Source: a virus (Duplodnaviria; Caudoviricetes). Taken from it: DNA of 38,003 nt. Below, in pieces: positions 1-6,771 of this stretch. The notes beneath the pieces are model-generated. The model saw nothing but the letters and a program-made list of their open reading frames with translations. It was not told where the DNA came from and made no database searches. The position numbers and the translations under genes are program-made. The stretch lies in IMG/VR virus record IMGVR_UViG_3300020044_004474, positions 1 through 38,003 of that record, one strand, 5' to 3'. Position 1 is the stretch's first letter, and each line of letters opens with the position of its first letter.

Positions 1-1
1 A

Positions 2-151
2 GGATACCGCTACGCCGACAGCGAGGATGCTGCCGTGGGATCATTCCTGCGGAAGTCTCTCACCGACAACGAAGGATTCACCGCTGGACAAGTCCTCGTG
101 ATCCCAATTCCTCTGCCGAACAGCCAAGCACAGCCGCCGCAGGTCGGCTGA
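2..151 (+). CDS. Partial ORF (5' end outside window), probable cassette cargo; ends ...LPNSQAQPPQVG
   Basis: Frame open from position 2 to TGA 149-151; reads in frame through AAC 119-121 into the short attC-like site. Confidence 0.6.
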   Translation, partial: GYRYADSEDAAVGSFLRKSLTDNEGFTAGQVLVIPIPLPNSQAQPPQVG

Positions 152-166
152 TGATACCTGTTTTAA
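115..166 (-). repeat. Short attC-like site S1
   Basis: + strand GCCGAAC-AGCCAA-GCACAGC-CG-loop-CG-GCTGATGA-TACCT-GTTTTAA; near-identical to S2, S3 and S5. Confidence 0.88.
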
Positions 167-192
167 AATTTAACAACCAACCAGAACGAACA

Positions 193-681
193 ATGAACGA
201 ATGTAACGACCCAGACCACGGTGCGATAAATGCCGAAAGATCTGAATCAAGAGGCTTGCGTAAAGCGTGGATAGAACTTGACGATAAAAGGCAACAACTT
301 GAAAGCGAACTAACCGCAGTCACTGAGCAGCGCGATGGATTACGATCAGGCATTGATTATGCAAGCGATCAGCTACACAAAGTCACCGAGCAGCGCGACA
401 GGCTGCAAAAGATCGTTGATGAGCAATGCCGAGTGTCGTCAGTATGCCGCGAATACCGAGAGCAGCGCGACAGGCTGGCGGAGGTATTGCGAAATATTAT
501 GGCTTATCGAAAAGGTGAAAAACCCCATGACTATTGGAGATTACCTTTTGAAGAACGAGAGAACGCAGCTTTTGACGCATGGATTCAAATTGAAAATAGT
601 ATAAATCAAGCACTCCAATCCCTAACCACGAACGCAATAGCGCAGACACCGCCGGATTCCGGCACGAAAAATCATGGATAA
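193..681 (+). CDS. Hypothetical coiled-coil protein with three (T/R)EQRD repeats; paralog of 1273-1611
   Basis: ATG after CAGAACGAAC leader; ELTAVTEQRD motif and QSLTxN ending shared with 1273-1611. Confidence 0.75.
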   Translation: MNECNDPDHGAINAERSESRGLRKAWIELDDKRQQLESELTAVTEQRDGLRSGIDYASDQLHKVTEQRDRLQKIVDEQCRVSSVCREYREQRDRLAEVLRNIMAYRKGEKPHDYWRLPFEERENAAFDAWIQIENSINQALQSLTTNAIAQTPPDSGTKNHG

Positions 682-758
682 ACCACAAGACCCCGAGGCG
701 GCGGAAACCGTCCAAACCAAGGAAATCCCGGCGGTTGATCTGCCGCGACTTGTTGTGC
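627..758 (-). repeat. Long attC-like site L1
   Basis: AAC-GCAATA-GCGCAGA-CACCGCCGG ... CCGGCGGTTGA-TCTG(C)CGC-GACTT-GTTGTGC. Confidence 0.88.
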
Positions 759-987
759 TTCTTCCGTGTCCGTTTTGCGGCGCGAATGGAGCCTATCCCG
801 AGGACATGGAACCCATCGGGGAGCTCTACTGCCAATGTTCCGACGATAAATGCAGGACGTTCGGGCCGAGCGGAAAAACGTGGATGGAAGCAGGGCAAAG
901 GTGGAATCTCCGCACTCGGTGCGACTTCTGCCTGGAAACTCCACTTACACCCACCGAACGGGAGCACGCGCTTTCCATTCTGCACAA
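633..987. mobile_element. Integron-like gene cassette C1 (Lar-like cargo)
   Basis: GTTGTGC (752-758) is the exact reverse complement of GCACAAC (982-988). Confidence 0.85.
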
Positions 988-1018
988 CAGCCAAGCACAG
1001 CCGCCGCAGGTCGGCTGA
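674..1018 (+). CDS. Lar-family (restriction alleviation)-like zinc-ribbon protein
   Basis: LLPCPFCG...CxC...C...G...A...WN pattern; start codon inside L1 loop, stop inside S2. Confidence 0.65.
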   Translation: MDKPQDPEAAETVQTKEIPAVDLPRLVVLLPCPFCGANGAYPEDMEPIGELYCQCSDDKCRTFGPSGKTWMEAGQRWNLRTRCDFCLETPLTPTEREHALSILHNSQAQPPQVG

Positions 1019-1033
1019 TGCTACCTGTTCTAA
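982..1033 (-). repeat. Short attC-like site S2
   Basis: GCACAAC-AGCCAA-GCACAGC...GCTG(A)TGC-TACCT-GTTCTAA. Confidence 0.9.
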
Positions 1034-1060
1034 AATTAAATTTAACAACCCGAACGAACT

Positions 1061-1276
1061 ATGAACAAACCAACCACGAAAAAAGAATGGGCAGCATACC
1101 GCGCGCAATTGACCTGCATTATAGGCAAAAAAGAAATATCTCACGCGGTAGATAATAGGTTATGTCTAGAAAAAACAACCATAACATCTTTATATCATTT
1201 GCTAAATGCCGTCCACGATCTTGCGTTATTAGCATTTGATCCAAACGACATAACAACCAAGCAGAACGAACCATGA
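1061..1276 (+). CDS. Hypothetical protein
   Basis: ATG after GAACGAACT leader; ATGA overlap with next gene. Confidence 0.7.
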   Translation: MNKPTTKKEWAAYRAQLTCIIGKKEISHAVDNRLCLEKTTITSLYHLLNAVHDLALLAFDPNDITTKQNEP

Positions 1277-1611
1277 AAACAGACACACCGAGAACAGATG
1301 ATTCAGAAACCAGAGTAAGAAAAAATGGTTTTTCCCCACTCATCGAATACTGCTATGCGAACGACATGGCTAAACTTGAACGCGAGCTCACCGCCGTCAC
1401 CGAGCAGCGCGACAGGCTGGCTGAGGCTTTGGAACACTCCATGAAGCACATGAGGCATAGTCTCAACTGTCCCGCTAAAATCACGGAAGGACTCCATCCA
1501 TGTAATTGCCAGATGGAGTGGGCGTATGACAATGCAACCGAAGCCATCCAATCCCTAACCCCGAACGATAGGGCTATGACGCCCGCAACTGAATCAGACC
1601 ATGGAAAGTAA
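1273..1611 (+). CDS. Hypothetical phage protein (DTPRTD start, ELTAVTEQRD coiled coil, Cys/His cluster)
   Basis: ORF track; paralog of 193-681; stop inside L2. Confidence 0.75.
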   Translation: MKTDTPRTDDSETRVRKNGFSPLIEYCYANDMAKLERELTAVTEQRDRLAEALEHSMKHMRHSLNCPAKITEGLHPCNCQMEWAYDNATEAIQSLTPNDRAMTPATESDHGK

Positions 1612-1653
1612 CAGTAAGGCTATTGAGGGTCGGTCATCAGCCCCTTGTTCTGG
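1560..1653 (-). repeat. Long attC-like site L2
   Basis: AAC-GATAGG-GCTATGA-C ... G-TCAT(C)AGC-CCCTT-GTTCTGG. Confidence 0.85.
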
Positions 1654-1935
1654 ATTCTTCATCGTGAACGACTTTGATAGGCCTGACGAGGAACGAATCG
1701 CCCAGCAACGCGCCGATGGAAAGTTCTACTATATTCATCCGACGCTCCGAAAGGTAAAACGATATTGGGGCATGACGCCGGAAAATCCAACGCCGCTTGA
1801 ATCGTTTGGAATCTCCATTGCTCTGATCGGCGGCGAGTTCCGGGGATGTCATAACAACGAATCGACGGCGACCTATCGCGACGGCAGACCTCGCCGATGG
1901 CAGGGTGAAGGGTTGTTCTCATTCTCTTTCCAGAA
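1566..1935. mobile_element. Integron-like gene cassette C2
   Basis: GTTCTGG (1647-1653) matches CCAGAAC (1930-1936). Confidence 0.85.
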
Positions 1936-1966
1936 CACCAATGGGGATGCACCCGCACACGAATAA
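1601..1966 (+). CDS. Hypothetical cassette protein
   Basis: Start in L2 loop, stop in L3 loop. Confidence 0.65.
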   Translation: MESNSKAIEGRSSAPCSGFFIVNDFDRPDEERIAQQRADGKFYYIHPTLRKVKRYWGMTPENPTPLESFGISIALIGGEFRGCHNNESTATYRDGRPRRWQGEGLFSFSFQNTNGDAPAHE

Positions 1967-2045
1967 ACTTTATGGAAACCAACACAAACACACCCGAAGC
2001 CAAACAGCCTGCTAGTGCGGGTTGTCATCCCACGACTTGTTCGGC
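1930..2045 (-). repeat. Long attC-like site L3
   Basis: AAC-ACCAAT-GGGGATG-CACCCGCAC ... GTGCGGGTTGT-CATCCCAC-GACTT-GTTCGGC. Confidence 0.85.
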
Positions 2046-2300
2046 TGACGAGGCGCACCGCCACCTCTATCACCCGTGGTGGAGCGTGAAGGAAATGGAA
2101 GCCATTGCCACGCTCGCGCACCGCCATCACATGAATCCCGTGGAACTCATCCGCGATGCCGTGGGCGGGTGGGATCAGGCCTGGCAGATACGCCATTCGG
2201 CACGATACATCCTCGAAGATGCGAACCCCGAAAAGCTGGCCGAAGCCTGCGGACTCCAGCTCGGAGTCATCACCGCCGCGCTGAAAACCATTCTGCCGAA
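1936..2300. mobile_element. Integron-like gene cassette C3
   Basis: GTTCGGC (2039-2045) matches GCCGAAC (2295-2301). Confidence 0.85.
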
Positions 2301-2343
2301 CGCCGAGTCCATCCACCCCCACCATAACCACGAAAGACCATGA
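1972..2343 (+). CDS. Hypothetical cassette protein (possibly DNA-binding)
   Basis: Start in L3 loop, stop in L4 loop; helical composition. Confidence 0.65.
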   Translation: METNTNTPEAKQPASAGCHPTTCSADEAHRHLYHPWWSVKEMEAIATLAHRHHMNPVELIRDAVGGWDQAWQIRHSARYILEDANPEKLAEACGLQLGVITAALKTILPNAESIHPHHNHERP

Positions 2344-2424
2344 TAAACGATACCACTACACCGAAGAAATCCAACGCCACCAAACAAGAGGCTGGTGGGG
2401 GTTGGATGAGACGCCTTGTTCGTC
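2295..2424 (-). repeat. Long attC-like site L4
   Basis: AAC-GCCGA-GTCCATC-CACCCCCACC ... GGTGGGGGTTG-GATG(A)GAC-GCCTT-GTTCGTC. Confidence 0.85.
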
Positions 2425-2725
2425 CTCTTTTGTCCGCTACGTCAATAGCCGCGCTCATGTGGTGCGCATGGTTGGCGGTCAATGGCAGCGAAGGAGCTGG
2501 GAGGATACTCCAATTCGCCGCATGGTTCATGGCCATTACCATCGTCGGCGCGGTATGGCCGAAGGAGTTCGAGGATCAACGATCAAAAGGGATGCCGCTC
2601 CCGAGGTGGATTCACTTCGGAACGGGGATCGCGCTTATTTTGTTCTTGGTCTGGCACGGCTGGATATGGACGGCGATTGCCCTTGTCCTGCACGAAATCG
2701 GGACGGCTTCAATTCATCGGACGAA
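2301..2725. mobile_element. Integron-like gene cassette C4 (membrane protein cargo)
   Basis: GTTCGTC (2418-2424) matches GACGAAC (2720-2726). Confidence 0.85.
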
Positions 2726-2756
2726 CAGCCAAGCACAGCCGCCAAAGGTCGGCTGA
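2340..2756 (+). CDS. Hypothetical multi-pass membrane protein
   Basis: 3-4 hydrophobic segments; start in L4 loop (ATGA overlap), stop in S3. Confidence 0.7.
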   Translation: MINDTTTPKKSNATKQEAGGGWMRRLVRPLLSATSIAALMWCAWLAVNGSEGAGRILQFAAWFMAITIVGAVWPKEFEDQRSKGMPLPRWIHFGTGIALILFLVWHGWIWTAIALVLHEIGTASIHRTNSQAQPPKVG

Positions 2757-2771
2757 TGCTACCTGTTTTAA
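2720..2771 (-). repeat. Short attC-like site S3
   Basis: GACGAAC-AGCCAAGCACAGCCGCCAAAGGTCGGCTGATGCTACCT-GTTTTAA. Confidence 0.9.
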
Positions 2772-2798
2772 AATTAAATAACCAACCAGCGAGAAGAT

Positions 2799-3017
2799 AT
2801 GAACCCTCTATTCATTTACACTAAAAGCGGAGACGTAAAGTGCCTTGGTCTTAATGATCGTGAAACCCATCAATTTCTTTTAGATTCAGGATGGATGCTT
2901 TCATCTTCAATCGAATCGGGCGCATGGATCGAGCACCTAATAAAGAATCGCGCAAAGGCACAAAAACTTATTGATGAACTAATCAGAAACAATCACCCAA
3001 AACAAACAAACAAATGA
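2799..3017 (+). CDS. Hypothetical protein
   Basis: ORF track; ATGA overlap with next gene. Confidence 0.65.
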   Translation: MNPLFIYTKSGDVKCLGLNDRETHQFLLDSGWMLSSSIESGAWIEHLIKNRAKAQKLIDELIRNNHPKQTNK

Positions 3018-3604
3018 ATACACAACCAAGCACAACGAAAATGCAAACACTAGAATCCAACTATCGCCAACTCGCCAGAATTGATTTCCCAGAATACAAG
3101 GGGAGACAAATCTACATGCACTCATTCAACACTGGACGGCCTAATATGCCAGAAGGATTTGAGGACTATTTGGAACCCGTCATGAGACTGGTATCCAGTG
3201 CGGGGCTAGGCGCGATTGATGTTCACGTCACCATAGATGAAAAGGTGGTTAGTCCAGGAATGGCTCAACGCCGACCTGGACCCCATGTGGATGGTTGCTT
3301 TACGGGCAGCGCGTGGGGACACGGAGGTGGAGGCGGAAGATGGAATCACAACTGCAACGAAATCCCCGCGCTGAAACGTATGTCGATCATCGTGGCAGCA
3401 TCTGTCTCAGGATGCAAAGCATGGGCTGGAACTTTCTTCGGAGACCCGCAAAATGACGGAGATTGCTCACACATCGTTAGCGGAGAGGGGGAGGTGCTAC
3501 CTGCGAACGTAGGGTATTTACTAAGTCCTGACTGCATCCATGAGTCAATGGTATTCACTGAGACTACGCAGCGTCAATTCCTGCGGATCGCCTTTGCAGT
3601 ATAA
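3014..3604 (+). CDS. Putative 2OG-Fe(II) oxygenase-like (cupin fold) protein
   Basis: HxD motif (GPHVDG), distal His (CIHES), C-terminal RxFxR; alternative start at 3041. Confidence 0.6.
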   Translation: MNTQPSTTKMQTLESNYRQLARIDFPEYKGRQIYMHSFNTGRPNMPEGFEDYLEPVMRLVSSAGLGAIDVHVTIDEKVVSPGMAQRRPGPHVDGCFTGSAWGHGGGGGRWNHNCNEIPALKRMSIIVAASVSGCKAWAGTFFGDPQNDGDCSHIVSGEGEVLPANVGYLLSPDCIHESMVFTETTQRQFLRIAFAV

Positions 3605-3618
3605 ACAAACACAAAACT

Positions 3619-3822
3619 ATGAACACACAACCAAGCACAACAAAAAAGATAGAAGCATGGCTAAGCCGTGGCTACAAACTAACGCCCCTGCAAGCCCTAG
3701 AAAAGTGGGGCTGTATGCGGCTAGGTGCAAGAATCTACGAACTCCGAAAGGGAGGGATGGATATTCGCACCATGCCGATCACTCGCAACGGAAAAACCTT
3801 CGCCCAATACCAAGCAGTATGA
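3619..3822 (+). CDS. Small winged helix-turn-helix protein
   Basis: LTPLQA...GCMRLGARIYELR...A.Y pattern typical of small phage wHTH proteins. Confidence 0.75.
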   Translation: MNTQPSTTKKIEAWLSRGYKLTPLQALEKWGCMRLGARIYELRKGGMDIRTMPITRNGKTFAQYQAV

Positions 3823-4100
3823 GAGCCAGCGACAACGGATTTAAAATAGTTGCTGGAAGGCCAAGGAAGAAACCTTGGGAGCAAAAAGCCTCAGTAGCTC
3901 TTCGACTAGAGCAGGAAACCTACCAACGCATCCGCCGGTTAGCCGATAAAAGGAAATGCAGCGTGAGCCAGGCAGCGGAATTGCTAATCAGAACGCAAGA
4001 GTCTGAGCGGATCGAGCCGACCCTGCCAGTTGACTATTCCCACATCCTCAACAAAGCGGGAAGCTACACCGTATCACAACTCCTCAATCTACCACGATGA
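3819..4100 (+). CDS. Ribbon-helix-helix protein with N-terminal GRP motif
   Basis: GRPRK, then VALRL...IRRLA...SVSQ...LI; ATGA overlaps at both ends. Confidence 0.65.
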   Translation: MRASDNGFKIVAGRPRKKPWEQKASVALRLEQETYQRIRRLADKRKCSVSQAAELLIRTQESERIEPTLPVDYSHILNKAGSYTVSQLLNLPR

Positions 4101-4675
4101 ACATACTACGAGGATTCCCAAAACGATACGATGATGCCCCTCCTGCTCATGGCGATGGGTGGTTAGCTAACTACTCCCAAGCCCTCGCTACAACCGATTC
4201 TGGAGGCATTACAATCCTCTATGGAGGCTATGGCACAGGCAAGACCCGCATGGCATGGGAGGTAGCGAGAGCGCACAAGCCCAAGCGACCTAGCATGAAC
4301 TGCGGAGGAATAGGCTGGGTGACAAATATAAAGAAACGCCCGATGATCTACACCACGGCGGTCAACCTCTTCTCCACAATCAAATCCACTTACACGGCTG
4401 GATCTGAGAAGTCGGAGAAGGAAGTGGTAGCAGATTACTGTGAAGCCGCCCTGCTGGTGATTGATGAAGTCCAAGAGCGCGGGGAAACCCAATACGAGGA
4501 CAGGCAGCTAACCGCTATCATTGATGCACGATATGCTGCTGATATGCCAACAATTCTGATTTCAAACTACACATGGGAGAAACTAGCATCTACGCTTTCC
4601 CCAGCGGTGATTGACAGGATTGAAGAGAACGGAGCAAAACTCGCCTTTACTTGGGATTCATTCAGGAGAAAATAA
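4097..4675 (+). CDS. DnaC/IstB-like AAA+ ATPase (helicase loader-like)
   Basis: Walker A GGYGTGKT, Walker B LLVIDE, IIDARY...PTILISN, DR sensor, SFR end. Confidence 0.85.
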   Translation: MNILRGFPKRYDDAPPAHGDGWLANYSQALATTDSGGITILYGGYGTGKTRMAWEVARAHKPKRPSMNCGGIGWVTNIKKRPMIYTTAVNLFSTIKSTYTAGSEKSEKEVVADYCEAALLVIDEVQERGETQYEDRQLTAIIDARYAADMPTILISNYTWEKLASTLSPAVIDRIEENGAKLAFTWDSFRRK

Positions 4676-4860
4676 TGAACACAAAACCATTCCAAGAAAT
4701 GATACTTAACTACTCTGCAAAGGAGATCGCCGCAAGAATCGGATGCCCTATCCCAACAGCCTATGATTGGAAGTCGGGAAGGCGTAGTCCTCCGTCTTGG
4801 ATGCAGGGAATCATCATCGAAATACTGTTAAACGAAGCAATAAGACACAATGAACGCTGA
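4675..4860 (+). CDS. Cro-like HTH protein
   Basis: SAKEIAARIGCPIPTAYDWKSGRRSP; paralog of 37294-37479. Confidence 0.75.
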   Translation: MNTKPFQEMILNYSAKEIAARIGCPIPTAYDWKSGRRSPPSWMQGIIIEILLNEAIRHNER

Positions 4861-5035
4861 CATATTACTACGAAAGATAGAGCTTGCCGTCTACGAGATG
4901 GCAGAGGCTGAAACCTGCGAGAGACGAGCGCACAAATTACGCATGGACGCTACGAAAAGGATTGCATCCGTCCACGCAGAGATGCAGATTGCTGTCAATG
5001 AATTTAAAGACCGCATAAATGCTCAGAAACCTTAA
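4850..5035 (+). CDS. Hypothetical protein
   Basis: ORF track; packed in operon. Confidence 0.6.
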   Translation: MNADILLRKIELAVYEMAEAETCERRAHKLRMDATKRIASVHAEMQIAVNEFKDRINAQKP

Positions 5036-5056
5036 CTAAACAATCTCCAATACAAT

Positions 5057-5266
5057 ATGAAACAACCATCAATACCAATAACGTATTCCATGCAGGAAGC
5101 TAAGAAACTTGGCTACCAGTCAATCACTACAACGTATTTACTTAGTAACCCACTTGAACGAAAATATCTAGTTAAGGTGTTAATAGATATGGTTGGTATT
5201 GACCATTGTTTGATCGAGTCAAGGGGAGGATTGGAAGTCGCAAGACCCAAGGATCAACTATTATGA
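5057..5266 (+). CDS. Hypothetical protein
   Basis: ORF track; ATGA overlap with next gene. Confidence 0.6.
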   Translation: MKQPSIPITYSMQEAKKLGYQSITTTYLLSNPLERKYLVKVLIDMVGIDHCLIESRGGLEVARPKDQLL

Positions 5267-5466
5267 ACCTGTTCCCAGAACTACCAGAAGAAATGTCGCC
5301 TCGCTTGAAGTGGATGGACGGTAAAAACATCCGAACAATGAAAACCAAGGAGGGGAGATGGATTGCCTACATGAGCGAGACGCAGCACCATTACACGCAT
5401 GAGGATGAGGTTGACGCAGTTGTCGGGCTTGCCAAGAAACTAAAACTCAAACTTTGGAACGAATGA
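5263..5466 (+). CDS. Hypothetical protein
   Basis: MNLFPELPEE start; ATGA overlaps at both ends. Confidence 0.65.
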   Translation: MNLFPELPEEMSPRLKWMDGKNIRTMKTKEGRWIAYMSETQHHYTHEDEVDAVVGLAKKLKLKLWNE

Positions 5467-5888
5467 AAATCATCATCGGCATAGACCCAGGAATTAGCGG
5501 AGGTATCGCATGGATTACGGACGGGAAACCCTGCGTGGAGAAGATGCCGGACACCCTGCAAAACTTGTGGGAGTTACTTCGCGACATTGCCAGCGAAGGG
5601 GATTGCCACGCCTACCTTGAGCAAGTCCACTCCTCACCGCAGATGGGAGTGGTCTCTGCCTTCACTTTCGGCAATGGCTTCGGACGCCTTGAGATGGCAC
5701 TAACCGCAGCGGGGATTCCATTCACTAGGGTGCGCCCTCAAGTATGGCAAAAGGAGCTTGGATGTATGACGAAAGGTGATAAGAATGTCTCCAAGCGTAA
5801 GGCACAAGAGCTTTTCCCTAGCATGAAGGTCACTCACGCAACCGCAGATTCTTTACTAATCGCAACATATGGAACTAAACAACACTGA
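5463..5888 (+). CDS. RuvC-like Holliday junction resolvase
   Basis: IIGIDPG, YLE, FG.G.G, P.VW, ADSLLIA motifs. Confidence 0.85.
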   Translation: MKIIIGIDPGISGGIAWITDGKPCVEKMPDTLQNLWELLRDIASEGDCHAYLEQVHSSPQMGVVSAFTFGNGFGRLEMALTAAGIPFTRVRPQVWQKELGCMTKGDKNVSKRKAQELFPSMKVTHATADSLLIATYGTKQH

Positions 5889-5889
5889 T

Positions 5890-6147
5890 ATGAAAGATAG
5901 AGAAACACATCACTACCTGAAAAACTTTCACGAAGAGCTTGGGAAAGCTACTGATTATCTTTTAGACCGCATTGAAAATGACAGCATCCCTAATGGTCTT
6001 AAGCATTACGGAATACCAGTAAGATGCAAAAACAGATTTGTTCGTCTTTATTATTCTGTTGATACACAAGAGTTTTACTTATCAGGTTTTGATTCATCTG
6101 GAGAAGTAAAACATATTATGCTAGGAGTCCGATCACTTCTAGACTGA
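5890..6147 (+). CDS. Hypothetical protein
   Basis: Last + strand ORF before the convergence with the late arm. Confidence 0.55.
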   Translation: MKDRETHHYLKNFHEELGKATDYLLDRIENDSIPNGLKHYGIPVRCKNRFVRLYYSVDTQEFYLSGFDSSGEVKHIMLGVRSLLD

Positions 6148-6316
6148 ATCATTTTTGTTACAACTTACCCGCTTAAATCGTGACGAGTTATCATATACAA
6201 AACATGACGAAAACCGTCATAATTTGCGTATTACGTCACACTTTGTTGCCGATGTGCTACATTTACCTAATGTCGGACATAACCAACATTTGCCGACATT
6301 TTGTATGATTTATAGG

Positions 6317-6502
6317 TCATTTATTGCCTAGATACTTGTCGATTGTCTCCTTCTGGAAACCAATAACAAGCAATGCAGGGATGATTAGGTTCTCCATAAT
6401 CTCCTCAATCGTCATATCATCGTAACACGTCTCAACGGTTACCTTGGGATGTAGGTTTTGCGGTGATTGATCTAGCTCTGTTGGTTCAAGTGTAATTTTC
6501 AT
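6317..6502 (-). CDS. Hypothetical protein
   Basis: ORF track; ATGA overlap. Confidence 0.6.
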   Translation of the reverse strand: MKITLEPTELDQSPQNLHPKVTVETCYDDMTIEEIMENLIIPALLVIGFQKETIDKYLGNK

Positions 6503-6771
6503 AGGAATTTATAGTAAACTGGATAACCTGCTGTTGATTTACGGGAAGTCAATACGCCAGATTCGATCAAACTTTTCATTTTGCGCCTAGCGATTGAGTC
6601 TGAAACTTGCATGCCTAGAATAGCCATCTTTCCGCGGTATTCAGCAATGGTAAATTCGCCTTCCTGCTGTGGTTTAGCTTGTTCTGCCTCGGCTTTGATA
6701 AATGCGTCTAGCGCACTTAAATGATCCCTTGTGGGCTGATCCAAGTGTTTCCCTCTTTGGTTACGTGCCAT
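6499..6771 (-). CDS. Hypothetical protein, possible winged helix; start uncertain
   Basis: FTIAEY...ARRKMKSLIESGVLT...YY pattern. Confidence 0.55.
   Translation of the reverse strand: MARNQRGKHLDQPTRDHLSALDAFIKAEAEQAKPQQEGEFTIAEYRGKMAILGMQVSDSIARRKMKSLIESGVLTSRKSTAGYPVYYKFL

Noticed and set aside
119-170. Short hairpins as plain intrinsic terminators or REP elements
   Set aside because: The T-tract is weak or interrupted and ORFs run into the hairpins. The bulge/spacer geometry and partner 7-mers are better explained by attC. A minor termination role is not excluded.
151-192. ORF-track starts M(I/L)PVLK.NNQPERT
   Set aside because: This is translation of the repeat's right arm; the ATG after GAACGAAC is the more plausible start.
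497-2542. Minus-strand ORFs as the true cassette genes in canonical orientation
   Set aside because: They cross cassette boundaries and lack recognisable motifs, while the + strand ORFs tile the region with coupled starts and stops.
115-2771. CRISPR array or mini-array
   Set aside because: Repeats are separated by gene-sized, irregular intervals and have attC geometry; no cas genes are visible.
4097-4675. IS21 element (IstB)
   Set aside because: No IstA transposase or terminal inverted repeats; the context is a phage replication operon.
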